Shown: positions 19,594 through 30,018 of the stretch, in pieces
Numbering within the stretch: the stretch's first letter is position 1
Layout: each line of letters starts with the position of its first letter
DNA from: Bacteroidota bacterium
GTDB taxonomy: Bacteria; Bacteroidota; Bacteroidia; 2-12-FULL-35-15
Direction of reading: 5' to 3'
Length of the DNA: 64,000 bases
Assembly: GCA_947479085.1 (NCBI GenBank)
Contig: CANJYB010000007.1
Coordinates: 72,432 to 136,431 of the forward strand
Position numbers and translations under genes: made by a program
The notes under the pieces: model-generated
What the model was told of the DNA's origin: nothing
The model's input: the letters and a program-made list of their open reading frames with translations, nothing else
Databases searched by the model: none

Positions 19594-20622
19594 ATGAGTT
19601 CAATAAAGAACATTTTACCAATTATACACGCATTGGCATGGTTAGTTTGTTTAACCATTCCTACGTTGATTTATAATGGACCATATGGACTACTTTTTAC
19701 TTCTGATGAAACAATATTTGGTTTTCCTGAGTTAATTGCATTTTGTTTGTTTATTTCCTTTTTTTATTTAAATGCATTTTTACTTATTCCAAAATTACTT
19801 TCCCGAAAAAGAATATTGGCTTATTTAGTAATTACTATATTACTTGTTTTGATAATTGGAATAGTTAATGCTGAAATTGCATCTGTTTATCGTGAGGATT
19901 TTCCAGCAAGGCCTTTTGTAACGGTTTGGTTTTACCGGATTTTTATTTGTTTAGTTAACCTAGCATTGAGTTCAAGTTACAGGTTAATAGTTGATAATTT
20001 TAAAAAAGAAAGAAATTTAAAAGAAAAGGAAAAGGAAAACCTTATTTCCGAGCTTTCTTTTTTACGTTCGCAGATAAGTCCGCATTTTATTTTTAATATT
20101 TTGAACAGTGTTGTATCGCTTGTTCGAAAAAGATCGGACCAGGCAGAACCGGTTTTGTTGGAATTGTCGAGCCTTATGCGTTATATGCTTTATGAATCGG
20201 ATACAGATAAGGTAAGTGTAAAAACGATGGTAATGTATCTTAAAAGTTATATTAACCTGCAACAATTAAGATTTGGAGATGATGTGAAAATAGATTTTAA
20301 AATAGTGGATAATTCTATAAATGATGATTTTATTGAGCCCATGTTATTTATTCCTCTAGTAGAGAATGCATTCAAACATGGAATAGGGATGATAGAAAAT
20401 CCGGAAATTTCGGTTTTGCTGACAATTAATTCAAAAAATATAAATATATTTGTACAAAATAAGTTTTCCAGTACTGTTAAAATCGAAAAAGAAAAACAAT
20501 CGGGCATAGGTTTAAACAACTTGAAAAGGAGATTGAAACTTCTTTATGCAGATAATCATCAACTTACAATAACCGGTAATAATAACCAATTTAAAGCCAC
20601 CCTTAATTTACAAATACCATGA
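19594..20622 (+). CDS. sensor histidine kinase, LytS/YehU-type (His_kinase domain) with N-terminal multi-TM sensor
   Basis: LRSQISPHFIFNILNSV motif of PF06580-type kinases plus a GHKL ATPase region. The ORF-track start at 19462 probably carries an N-terminal extension; the ATG at 19594 (MSSIKN…) precedes the first TM segment. Confidence 0.78.
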   Translation: MSSIKNILPIIHALAWLVCLTIPTLIYNGPYGLLFTSDETIFGFPELIAFCLFISFFYLNAFLLIPKLLSRKRILAYLVITILLVLIIGIVNAEIASVYREDFPARPFVTVWFYRIFICLVNLALSSSYRLIVDNFKKERNLKEKEKENLISELSFLRSQISPHFIFNILNSVVSLVRKRSDQAEPVLLELSSLMRYMLYESDTDKVSVKTMVMYLKSYINLQQLRFGDDVKIDFKIVDNSINDDFIEPMLFIPLVENAFKHGIGMIENPEISVLLTINSKNINIFVQNKFSSTVKIEKEKQSGIGLNNLKRRLKLLYADNHQLTITGNNNQFKATLNLQIP

Positions 20623-21344
20623 TAAAATGCCTTGCGATAGATGACGAAAACCTAGCTCTTGATTTATTAGAAGATAACATTAGCCAGGTGCCCTTTTTAC
20701 ACTTAGTAAAAAGATGTAAAAATGCTTTTGAAGCTATGGAAGTTTTGCAAAGCGAAAAAATTGATTTGATTTTTTTAGATATCCAGATGCCCGGAATAAC
20801 GGGTCTTCAGTTTCTTCAGAGTCTTCAATCTCGCCCTATGGTGATAGTTGTTTCTGCCTATAAAGAATATGCGCTGGACGGTTATAACATGGATGTGATG
20901 GATTACCTGGTTAAACCGGTTTCCTTTGAGCGTTTTTTGAAAGCCTGTAGTAAAGCTTTAGAGTATTATAATTTGAAAAACAATATTATTACAAAACATG
21001 AAGATTCAGAAGGAAAAGAGTTTTTCTTTGTTAATTCAGATTATGCTTTGATAAAAGTTGTTTCTGAAGAGATAGCCTATATAGAAGGACAAAAAGATTA
21101 TATCCAGATTCACATGATGAATGGTGCCAAACCTTTAGTTACTCGAATGAGTTTTAGAGAAATAGAAGATAAACTTCCTGCTGGAAAATTTATTCGCACT
21201 CATAAGTCTTTTATAGTTCCTATTAATAAAATGGAATCTGTGCGTGCAGGAATAATAGTTATTGAAAAGGCTAAAATTCCACTGAGTGATAATTATAGAG
21301 CCGAGTTTTACGAAACAATCAACCCAAGTGTAGAAAGAGTTTAA
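20619..21344 (+). CDS. LytTR-family response regulator (REC plus LytTR DNA-binding domain)
   Basis: 241 aa; …IDLIFLDIQMPGITG… receiver domain; C-terminal LytTR fold. The start overlaps the kinase stop by 4 nt (ATGA). Confidence 0.85.
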   Translation: MIKCLAIDDENLALDLLEDNISQVPFLHLVKRCKNAFEAMEVLQSEKIDLIFLDIQMPGITGLQFLQSLQSRPMVIVVSAYKEYALDGYNMDVMDYLVKPVSFERFLKACSKALEYYNLKNNIITKHEDSEGKEFFFVNSDYALIKVVSEEIAYIEGQKDYIQIHMMNGAKPLVTRMSFREIEDKLPAGKFIRTHKSFIVPINKMESVRAGIIVIEKAKIPLSDNYRAEFYETINPSVERV

Positions 21345-21471
21345 TGATTTCAAGTCGTCCCAGTAAAAAACCATTTGATATACACAAAGCGATTTTATGT
21401 ATGTAAATTAATTATATATTTGTGGCGGAATAACAGGTGTCGTAGTAGAGTACCTTTTGTTTAAAGTAGTT

Positions 21472-21508
21472 AAAACAAAACCCCTCAGCAATGTGGGGTT
21501 TTGTTTTT
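21472..21508 (+). terminator. rho-independent terminator-like hairpin
   Basis: AAAACAAAACCCC-tcagcaatgt-GGGGTTTTGTTTTtatt. Confidence 0.5.
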
Positions 21509-22102
21509 ATTGAGTTATCGATTGTTAGTAATCGGTTCAATTCCATATAACTTTTATTGTTTTATTTAATTTATTATGACATTGCTAAATTGCCCAACCT
21601 CTTCAATTACCTAATTGACCTGTATGTCCTAATAAGAATTATTTTTAACCCAGGTTGTTTGCGCAATTGTCATTGATGCATCAAAATTTTTTTACAAAAT
21701 CTTCAAATAATTTAAACAAGGAAACAATACAGTTTTTGGTAAAATATATTTCTGAATATGAGCGGTATGAATTAGAAAAAGGTTTTGAAATTGATATGAA
21801 TATCAAGACACATTTCACTTTTAAACTTTAACCAAATACATAAAATGGAATTGAACAAAGGTTAAGCCTTTATTGAAAATCGAAGTTGGAAAATCATATT
21901 AAATATTATTACTTTAATTGTAAAGTCAGCAGTTAAAAACAATTTGAAAAGAATAGTTAATACTTCATAATAACTTCACGGTATTTAGTTTTCTGACGCA
22001 TTGATTTTTTTTTATTTTTGCCCGTGGTTATAATTTCGAATAAAATACAGTGATTAACGGGCAATTTTTTTTTACAATACCAATTTTCAGAAGAATAAAA
22101 TA

Positions 22103-22834
22103 GTGAAACAATTTGCTTTGCTATTGGTTTTTATTTTTGTGTTTTCGTATGCCCGTTCCGAAACTTATAAGTTAAATATCACTTTTATTGTTAAGAATGA
22201 TACCACCGCTACCAAATCAGTTTCACTTACTGATTATACCATTACCTATAAAGAAAAAGACGCAAAAAAGGAAGAGATAGCTCCAATAAAAAGGGAGAAA
22301 GGCCTTCGCTTGGATCTTGACCTGAATAAAGAATATATTTTCAGTTTTACAAAGTTGGGTTATGTGATGAAAAAGGTATTGGTGGACACTAAAGTGCCGG
22401 ATAAAAGAGAGAAGGAGAAATTTAATAAGATGATATGTATTGTTAACCTTGAAAAAGCTCCTATAGAGGTTATCCTGGCCAATTCGAAACCGGTGGTTAA
22501 AATATATTACCATCCCGGAAAAGCAAATTTTGACTTTGACAGTACGTATACTTTTACTTCTATGGATAAGGAATTGATTAAAAAGCGGGATAAGATATTT
22601 AATCATGCCTGGTGGCAACTGCACGATGGCAATTACAAAGGAGCTTTGGAATCGTTTGCAAACATGTTGTTAAAAAATCCGCAGGATATAGCGGCATTAT
22701 ATAACCATGGAAAGGCTGCTTATAAACTAAACGATAAAAAGACTGCTTGCGCTGATTGGAGTGCCATTAAAGCTCTCAATAAAGAATATGCTGATAGCCT
22801 GTTGAAGGATTATTGCACCAGTGAAAACCCCTGA
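22103..22834 (+). CDS. secreted hypothetical protein with C-terminal TPR-like repeat
   Basis: 243 aa, GTG start, signal peptide MKQFALLLVFIFVFSYA; the C-terminus (…WWQLHDGNYKGALESFANMLLKNPQDIAALYNHGKAAYKLND…) is TPR-like. Confidence 0.55.
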   Translation: MKQFALLLVFIFVFSYARSETYKLNITFIVKNDTTATKSVSLTDYTITYKEKDAKKEEIAPIKREKGLRLDLDLNKEYIFSFTKLGYVMKKVLVDTKVPDKREKEKFNKMICIVNLEKAPIEVILANSKPVVKIYYHPGKANFDFDSTYTFTSMDKELIKKRDKIFNHAWWQLHDGNYKGALESFANMLLKNPQDIAALYNHGKAAYKLNDKKTACADWSAIKALNKEYADSLLKDYCTSENP

Positions 22835-22978
22835 AAATTTCACCGTTATTATTATTCCGAAATAAATTAAAGTTAATTGGATTAAGAATTTTATTCATCC
22901 GCCTCTGAAAAGTCATGAAGGCGGATGAATAAAATAATTTGGCAGGAGGGATTTGAAAGATCCTTTTTACGAAAAGGT

Positions 22979-24334
22979 TTATTTTAAAATAGTAATTCTT
23001 TTACTTATTACCTCCTTACCTGTGATAGCTTTTACAAAGTACTCTCCGCTGTAAATTCTTCTTGTATCAAAATAAGCAATTGTACTTCCCTGATAAATTA
23101 CTGTTTTGTCAATTAATCTTCCGCTAACGTCAAAAAGTTCTATTTCCAGGTTTTCGTTTGTAATACTGTTTATTTGAACAGCTACTAAATCGCTTGCAGG
23201 ATTTGGATAAACAGAAATGTTAAAATCATCTTTAGCCGGAATGATTATTCCTGTTGTTGGTGAATATGCAGTAACGGTTTCGCTGATAGAAGTTACTTTT
23301 CTGTTTGCCCAAGTTCCTCTAAAAGTAGGTCCTACCAGGTAAGGATAAGCAGAATTCCAGTTGGCATCTACTGTTGCAAAATAACAATAAGTTCCCAACG
23401 GATATTCAGGAGTTACACAAAATCTGCCGTTATGAATATCTAGGTAATCAGGAGTAGAAGTAGTTGTCTGGTTGTACTGATAATCTTCTCTGAAATATCC
23501 CAATGGGTAGGTACCATTTACCGCAGGACCAGCTGTAACACTTGCACCGGTGTAATAGGTGGTTCGTGTGGTAATATTTCTAAGCGAAAAACTTGATTTC
23601 ATTCTCACAATCGGACCTGTTCCGTTAGCATTCTGATATCCATACGCTCCATATATAGGGAACCCATCATAGGCAAAGCCAAGCAAAGGAGAATGTTGAG
23701 TACTGTCAATAACATATAATCCATCAGCAAGGTATAAATTACATACGGTGGAAATTACTGTTAAATCAAGGTTGAACGCGCTTGGATTTTGATGGTGATG
23801 ATAATTTCCCATTGCAGGATGGCCTTTGGCGCAATCGAAACCTAATCTTTCGCCAACCACGGCATCTCTGTTCCAAACACCATCGCCCATACCACCCAGA
23901 GGGCCTCCGGCCAATGCACCGGTTGAGTTTTTCCAGGAAACTCCATCCCTGTAGTCAAATAAAGCAACACCATTAATAAATACTCCAATATCTCCTCCTG
24001 TAGTGTTTGTAAAGGTTGTATTGGTGGTGTCAGGGTTTAAAGGGAATTTGAAAATTGCATTTTGTGCCGAAGCCAGTGATGGATTTCCATCAAGGAAAGG
24101 GCCTGAAATGTATGCAGGAACACCTTGTGTATTTATATATACATTGTTGGCGGAGTATTGCACCGTTTGAACATTGGCTAATGTGGCATCAGTAATAGGG
24201 GTAAAGTTCCCTGATACATAATGTCTTCCGGTAATTCCTGTTGTGTTTTGCATCCAAGCAGTAATTGCAGGGCCTTGTGCATTAACTATCAAACTTAAGG
24301 ACATCAATGCAATAGTGTAAATTGTTTTTTTCAT
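22979..24334 (-). CDS. YHYH-domain protein with T9SS type-A C-terminal sorting domain
   Basis: 451 aa, signal peptide; …GHPAMGNYHHHQNP… resembles the YHYH motif. The C-terminus (VYPNPASDLVAVQINS…EYFVKAITGKEVISKRITILK) is a T9SS CTD. Adjacent to a cytochrome c peroxidase, a known pairing. Confidence 0.6.
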   Translation of the reverse strand: MKKTIYTIALMSLSLIVNAQGPAITAWMQNTTGITGRHYVSGNFTPITDATLANVQTVQYSANNVYINTQGVPAYISGPFLDGNPSLASAQNAIFKFPLNPDTTNTTFTNTTGGDIGVFINGVALFDYRDGVSWKNSTGALAGGPLGGMGDGVWNRDAVVGERLGFDCAKGHPAMGNYHHHQNPSAFNLDLTVISTVCNLYLADGLYVIDSTQHSPLLGFAYDGFPIYGAYGYQNANGTGPIVRMKSSFSLRNITTRTTYYTGASVTAGPAVNGTYPLGYFREDYQYNQTTTSTPDYLDIHNGRFCVTPEYPLGTYCYFATVDANWNSAYPYLVGPTFRGTWANRKVTSISETVTAYSPTTGIIIPAKDDFNISVYPNPASDLVAVQINSITNENLEIELFDVSGRLIDKTVIYQGSTIAYFDTRRIYSGEYFVKAITGKEVISKRITILK

Positions 24335-24367
24335 ATTTTTAATTTAGATTTAATTGTTATTATTAAT

Positions 24368-25393
24368 TTATTTAGATACAATATTTTTAGGTGCTGAAAA
24401 ATTCGGATTAAACAGAAAGGTTTTATCGGTTAGCGTTAATAAAAATGAAGTTAAATCCACTTTTTCATTCGAATTAAGTTCAATGGGTTTCTGTAATTCT
24501 TTAGAAAGCGAATTACTTTTTGCAATTCCGGAAGTATAGTGTTTTAATACATCAGACAATTTTCTGAAACGGCCATCGTGCATATACGGGAAAGAAAATT
24601 CGATATTGCGTAAACTTGGAACCTTAAACTTCATTGCATCTTCAGGATTCTTTGTTACTTTCATCCTTCCGTAATCATTTAATGAACTGTCTGCAGCCAG
24701 ACCATTGTTTTCATATTTGTTGTTTGTAAACAGTGGTTCAGAATGACAGGAGGAACAGTTTTTTTGAAATAAATGATAACCATTTGTTTCCTGAGGTGTA
24801 AAAACGGTTTCCTTCCGCATTACACTATCATATTTGGAGTTAGCGCTTATAAAGGTCAACATAAAAGCAGAAAGAGATTTTAAAGTTCTTTCACTTGTTG
24901 CCATGCTATCTTTGTAGGCATTATAAAACCAGGTTTTGTAAGCAATGGATTCATTCAGCTTTTGAACCACATTACTCATTTTTTCATCCATTTCATCAGG
25001 GTTGGTTATTGGTCCTAATGCCTGTTCATCCAGGTGTTCGATTGAACCGTCCCACATAAAACTATTTTGCCAGGCAAGGTTTACAAGGGTAGGAGCGTTT
25101 CTTTTTCCAATACGGCTATCAATTCCATGACTCAGGGAATGATCGACATGGGCAAAGGAAGTGTATTGGGAATGACAACTATTGCAGGAAATGGTATTAT
25201 CTCTTGACAAAATGGGGTCGTAAAACAATTTACGCCCAAGCTCAATTTTTTCTTTTGTTAATGTATTGTCTGAAAAATTAAAGGTTGGTTTTGGCCAGTT
25301 TGAGGGTATTGTAAACAGGTAGTCATTAGTACTTATAAAGGCTGTTGACACTATGCATACTAATAAAAACAATATCACTTTTTTCATTCTCAC
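24368..25393 (-). CDS. di-haem cytochrome c peroxidase (CCP/MauG family)
   Basis: 341 aa; two CxxCH haem motifs (CNSCHS, CSSCHS) at CCP-typical spacing. Confidence 0.85.
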   Translation of the reverse strand: MRMKKVILFLLVCIVSTAFISTNDYLFTIPSNWPKPTFNFSDNTLTKEKIELGRKLFYDPILSRDNTISCNSCHSQYTSFAHVDHSLSHGIDSRIGKRNAPTLVNLAWQNSFMWDGSIEHLDEQALGPITNPDEMDEKMSNVVQKLNESIAYKTWFYNAYKDSMATSERTLKSLSAFMLTFISANSKYDSVMRKETVFTPQETNGYHLFQKNCSSCHSEPLFTNNKYENNGLAADSSLNDYGRMKVTKNPEDAMKFKVPSLRNIEFSFPYMHDGRFRKLSDVLKHYTSGIAKSNSLSKELQKPIELNSNEKVDLTSFLLTLTDKTFLFNPNFSAPKNIVSK

Positions 25394-25694
25394 AGATAGA
25401 ATCCTGTTTTACTCCATTAATTTCTGTGTAAAAATAATAGACTTAGTGATACATCAATTCTATTTGCGATGTTGGTAGTAAATTCTGCTATGAACGACAT
25501 TCATTTAAAATGCAAAGTGTGTTGTATTGAGGAAACTATTTGTGAAATTTGATTCCTGAATATGAAGTGAAATTGTAAAGAAAGAATGGATTATTATAAT
25601 GAAAAGAATAACGATTCAGTTCAAAACAGGAACCACTAAAAAAAAATAATTTGAGGAAAAAATAAAAAATAAGTGGTTAAAACAAATTTTAAAA

Positions 25695-26063
25695 TCAGGA
25701 TTTGGTTACGTAAGTATAATAACAAAATCCATAGCTAACTTCGATATAATTTATATTGGCGTGTGTAAAAACCCTGTATCGTAAAGGCCCTTGTTTGTAA
25801 ACTAATACATCTTTTTCGGGTTTAAAAAGTTCGTCAGCTTTAAATATTTCAATTGCCTGATCAAAGGAGCCATGTCCCATAGTTCCCCAGGACCAGGAAG
25901 AGCCTTCGTTTCCCTTTCTAATGGTTCTTTCAAAACCACCTTCTAATTTATTCTGGGTAATTTTTGCTTTGTCCTGCTGATTATCCTGACTGAAACAAAA
26001 ACTACAGAAGAATATAGAAAAAAAGGTAAGGAATGAAATTTTAGAAAGAAGCGTTTTACTCAT
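25695..26063 (-). CDS. small secreted hypothetical protein
   Basis: 122 aa with signal peptide; no recognised domain. Confidence 0.45.
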   Translation of the reverse strand: MSKTLLSKISFLTFFSIFFCSFCFSQDNQQDKAKITQNKLEGGFERTIRKGNEGSSWSWGTMGHGSFDQAIEIFKADELFKPEKDVLVYKQGPLRYRVFTHANINYIEVSYGFCYYTYVTKS

Positions 26064-26424
26064 TTTTATTTTATACTATTTGGGTTTAAAAACAATATAG
26101 GGACAAAAATCAAACAAAAATTCAATCTGAACAAAAAATTAATGGACTTTTCATCAACAAAATAAGGCGGAATGTTAATAACCTCTTTTATTTAAGAAAA
26201 ATGATTTTTTGATGCAACCATATTTATATTTTAGGTATCTATATCGGTAAACAGGATTTTTATTAATTATAAAAGGGATAAAAAGAAATGATTAAAAGTG
26301 TGCTTTTTTTTATTTTTGCAATACAGTCATTATATTAAAATAGTTATTACTTTTGGCAGTTAAAATTATAGCTGTAAAGGATTCATATTTTCTGAACTTT
26401 ATATTTTACAATTAACAAATAAAC

Positions 26425-29400
26425 ATGAAAAAACACACTACTAAACAACAATTTAAAAGTAATGCCATTAAATTACTTGGAGCTTTATTCTTAACTCTTT
26501 TTTCTTTTAACTTAAATGCCCAAATTTTTTGGACAGAAAATTTTAATAACGGATGTACTCAATTATGTAATTTGAGCGGATACGTTAGTGCAGTAAACGG
26601 ACCTTGGACAATGAGTTTAGGACCTGGGAATATTGGTACCGATCCTAATGAGTGGTTTGTTAGTTGCGCAGAAAATGGCAATGCTTTGGGTGTTGGAGGG
26701 TCTGATTGTACCAATCCAAGTGGATGTGGGGTTGCTTCACCATCTAATGCTACGTTGCATGTTGGTAATATTTCAACATCTCCCGCTGCTTTTGTTTTTT
26801 GCCCTTTTGGAGATTGTGGGGCAGCATATGATGCAGGACTGTTTGGTGGAAATGTAGAGACAGATAAAAGAGCAGAAAGTCCGACTATTAATTGCACGGG
26901 TCATGTTGGAATTATACTTGACTTTAAATACATGTCAGGAGGAGTCCCAGGGGTTGATAATGCTCTTGTGGAGTATTCTGACGATAATGGTTTAACATGG
27001 AATTTTCTTGCTACCCCTAATGTAACAGCATTATGTGCTGGAACCCAAGGGATATGGACCGCATATAATTTTAATTTACCAGCTTCTTGCGATAATAACC
27101 CGAATGTAAAAATAGGTTTCCATTGGGTGAATGATGACGATGGTTTCGGTACTGATCCTTCATTTGCTGTTGACGATGTTACTTTATCTTCACCTGTGGT
27201 TTCTAACACCATTACAACAGGAGTAATAAACCCATTATCTGTTTGTGCCTGTAGTACCCTTTCTGTTCCATTTACAAGTACAGGAACTTATGTAGCAGGA
27301 AATGTTTATAAAGCACAACTTTCTGATGCCTTTGGTAGCTTTGCAGCTCCAACAAATATTGGAACATTATCAAGTACAGCTAATTCAGGAACCATTTCTT
27401 GTACCATTCCTTGCAATACACCAGCAGGAACAGGTTATTTAATTCAGGTAATAAGTTCAAATCCAAGTATTACAGGCACAAATAATGGGGTAAACATTAC
27501 AATTAACCCGGTTCAGGATTCTACCTTCTCTTACTCTTCTTCTTCATACTGCCAGGCAGGATCGGACCCAAGCGCCTCAATAACCGGAGTTGCCGGAGGT
27601 ACATTTACTGCAACTCCAGCAGGATTAATGTTTTTAAATACTACTACCGGTCAGATAGATGTTTCGGCAAGTACAGTTGGAACTTATTCAATTACCTACA
27701 CCACACCAGGTCCTTGTCTAGGCACCATGACTGTATCTATTTCCATTACTGGCACGCCTGATGCCTCTTTTAACTACGCATCCGCTTCCTATTGTCAAAA
27801 CAATGCGGATCCGAATCCAACATTTACGGGAACCGGAACAGCAGGAACTTTTTCAGCAGTGCCTGCAACCTTGGTTTTTGTTAGTGCTGGGACAGGACAA
27901 ATAGATTTATCTGCCAGCACCCCTGGAAATTATGTGGTTACCAACACTGTTGGTGGAGTAGGAGGTTGCCCTATTGATACTGCTACTTTTAACATAACAA
28001 TAAATGCAGCGCAGGATTCTACATTTGCTTATCCATCTTCTACTTTTTGTCAGTCAGGGACTAATGCGGTACCTGTTATTTCCGGTACATTAGGAGGTAC
28101 TTTTACCTCATCTCCGGCTACTTTGGTATTTGTAAATACAACTTCAGGAGAAATAAACCTTGCAGGTTCACCTTTGGGTACTTATTCAGTAACATATACT
28201 ACTCCAGGGCCATGTGCATCCAGTTTAACAGTGTCAGTTACTATTACAACTGCACCGGTTGCTACTTTTAGTTATACAGCTTCTCCATATTGTCAAAGTT
28301 CACCTAACCCATCACCAACTTTTAGTGGCGGGGCAAGCGCTGGCACTTTTACTGCCTCTCCGGCAGGACTAACTTTTATTAGTCCTACTACTGGTCAGGT
28401 TGATTTATTAAATTCAGTGGCCGGAACTTATACGGTGACTAATACTATAGCTGCTTCCGGTGGTTGTCTAACCGCTTCAGCGACTTCTTCAATTACTATA
28501 ATTGCTACTCCTGCAGCTACTTTTAGTTATATTGGAAATCCTTATTGTACTGCAGGTTTAAATCCTTCACCTACTTTCAGTGGAGGGGGAATTGCGGGAA
28601 CATTTACTGCTACACCAGCCGGTTTAAATATAGTGCCTAATACAGGTGCGGTAACTCTAAATGCAAGTACTCCGGGAACTTATGTGGTTACCAATACCAT
28701 TACCAATGCAGGATGCCCTAATTCAGTAGATACAGCAACTATTGTTATAGTTTCTGCTCAGGTTGCTACCTTCGGTTATAATGGTTCCCCTTATTGTATA
28801 GGAACAGGAAACGTTTCTCCAACTTATTCAGGAGGGGGAATTGCAGGGAACTTTACTGCCGCCCCTGCCGGGTTATCAATTAACGCAACTACTGGTGTTG
28901 TTAATCTAGCTACCAGCGGAGCAGGTACCTATGTAGTTACAAATAATATAGCTGCAAGTACGAGTTGCCCTTCCGCTTCTGATACCTCTACAATTGTTAT
29001 AAATGCGACACCTACTGTAACTGTTAATTCAGGAACAATCTGCAATGGAACTGCATTCAGCTTTTCAGCTAATGGTGCAACTTCGTATTCTTGGTCAGCC
29101 GGTGCTACATCTACTGGAACCAATACTGCAACGGCTTCTCCTACTTTAACTACTTCTTATACCGTTACAGGTACTACGGGAACCTGCTCAGATACTGCTA
29201 TTTCTATAGTTACTGTTCAGGTTTGTAATCCTCCGATAGCAGCATTTACAGGAACACCTTTAGTGATTTGCAATAGTGGATGTGTTACATTTACAGATCA
29301 AAGTACTAATTTACCGACTTCCTGGTTATGGTCATTTCCGGGTGGAATACCTGCTACAGCAAATACTCAGGACCCAGGTCAGGTTTGTTATGCTTCGTTG

Positions 29401-29994
29401 GGTCAATATACAGTAATTCTAATCGTAACCAATTCTACAGGTGCTGACACCTTGATTATGCCTAATTACATTTCAGTGGTAGCGCCTATTCCGGTTTCAA
29501 TATCTCCAGCCAATCCTACTGTAAATGCTTGTGAATCGGTTGACTTAACTGCATCTCCTCCGGGATCTTCATATACATGGGGACCAAATTATAATTTAAC
29601 CTGTGGTGATTGTCAAATTGCAACTGTAGCTCCTGATATAGATACTCGATATTGGGTTCTTTATAACGATGTAAACGGATGCTATTCTACCGATACTGTG
29701 GATGTAACAGTAACTCAAATATTCACTTACTTTATGCCAACCGGCTTTTCTCCAAATGGTGATTATTTTAATGATAGTGTAGTGGTTCATGGAAAAGGTA
29801 TAAAATACATCAACCTGAAAATATTTGACCGGATAGGAGAGAAAGTTTTTGAAACTTCTGATATTTTAACCGGATGGGATGGTACGCTTCATGGTTTGCC
29901 AATGAATGAAAATGCCTTTGTTTATCAGTTGTCTGTTACTTATTGTAATGGTCAGACTGTGAAGGAAAATGGAAGTCTAACTCTTGTTAAATAA
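26425..29994 (+). CDS. large surface adhesin-like protein with about 8 tandem Ig-like repeats (about 95 aa each) and a T9SS type-B (gliding-motility-associated) C-terminal domain
   Basis: 1189 aa. The repeated module …(F/Y)SY..S.YCQ…P.P…G…GTF(T/S)A.PA.L.F….TGQ(I/V)DL..S..G.Y.VT(Y/N)T… recurs about 8 times. The C-terminus (…FMPTGFSPNGDYFNDSVVVHGKGIKYINLKIFDRIGEKVF…GWDGT…) matches the type-B CTD. Confidence 0.85.
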   Translation: MKKHTTKQQFKSNAIKLLGALFLTLFSFNLNAQIFWTENFNNGCTQLCNLSGYVSAVNGPWTMSLGPGNIGTDPNEWFVSCAENGNALGVGGSDCTNPSGCGVASPSNATLHVGNISTSPAAFVFCPFGDCGAAYDAGLFGGNVETDKRAESPTINCTGHVGIILDFKYMSGGVPGVDNALVEYSDDNGLTWNFLATPNVTALCAGTQGIWTAYNFNLPASCDNNPNVKIGFHWVNDDDGFGTDPSFAVDDVTLSSPVVSNTITTGVINPLSVCACSTLSVPFTSTGTYVAGNVYKAQLSDAFGSFAAPTNIGTLSSTANSGTISCTIPCNTPAGTGYLIQVISSNPSITGTNNGVNITINPVQDSTFSYSSSSYCQAGSDPSASITGVAGGTFTATPAGLMFLNTTTGQIDVSASTVGTYSITYTTPGPCLGTMTVSISITGTPDASFNYASASYCQNNADPNPTFTGTGTAGTFSAVPATLVFVSAGTGQIDLSASTPGNYVVTNTVGGVGGCPIDTATFNITINAAQDSTFAYPSSTFCQSGTNAVPVISGTLGGTFTSSPATLVFVNTTSGEINLAGSPLGTYSVTYTTPGPCASSLTVSVTITTAPVATFSYTASPYCQSSPNPSPTFSGGASAGTFTASPAGLTFISPTTGQVDLLNSVAGTYTVTNTIAASGGCLTASATSSITIIATPAATFSYIGNPYCTAGLNPSPTFSGGGIAGTFTATPAGLNIVPNTGAVTLNASTPGTYVVTNTITNAGCPNSVDTATIVIVSAQVATFGYNGSPYCIGTGNVSPTYSGGGIAGNFTAAPAGLSINATTGVVNLATSGAGTYVVTNNIAASTSCPSASDTSTIVINATPTVTVNSGTICNGTAFSFSANGATSYSWSAGATSTGTNTATASPTLTTSYTVTGTTGTCSDTAISIVTVQVCNPPIAAFTGTPLVICNSGCVTFTDQSTNLPTSWLWSFPGGIPATANTQDPGQVCYASLGQYTVILIVTNSTGADTLIMPNYISVVAPIPVSISPANPTVNACESVDLTASPPGSSYTWGPNYNLTCGDCQIATVAPDIDTRYWVLYNDVNGCYSTDTVDVTVTQIFTYFMPTGFSPNGDYFNDSVVVHGKGIKYINLKIFDRIGEKVFETSDILTGWDGTLHGLPMNENAFVYQLSVTYCNGQTVKENGSLTLVK

Positions 29995-30018
29995 AAAGAA
30001 TACAAAACGAATTAATAG

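Noticed and set aside
21520-21560. GGTTCAATTCC motif resembling a tRNA T-arm
   Set aside because: The flanking sequence cannot form the T-stem or acceptor stem and no anticodon-arm geometry is present. This is not a tRNA.
26559-27212. Minus-strand ORFs (112 and 103 aa) and other short antisense ORFs inside large genes (for example 8089..8283, 8633..8899, 18106..18567, 33195..34285, 61279..62841)
   Set aside because: They are fully embedded antisense or out of frame within well-supported long CDSs. They have no RBS or start context and no domain signal.
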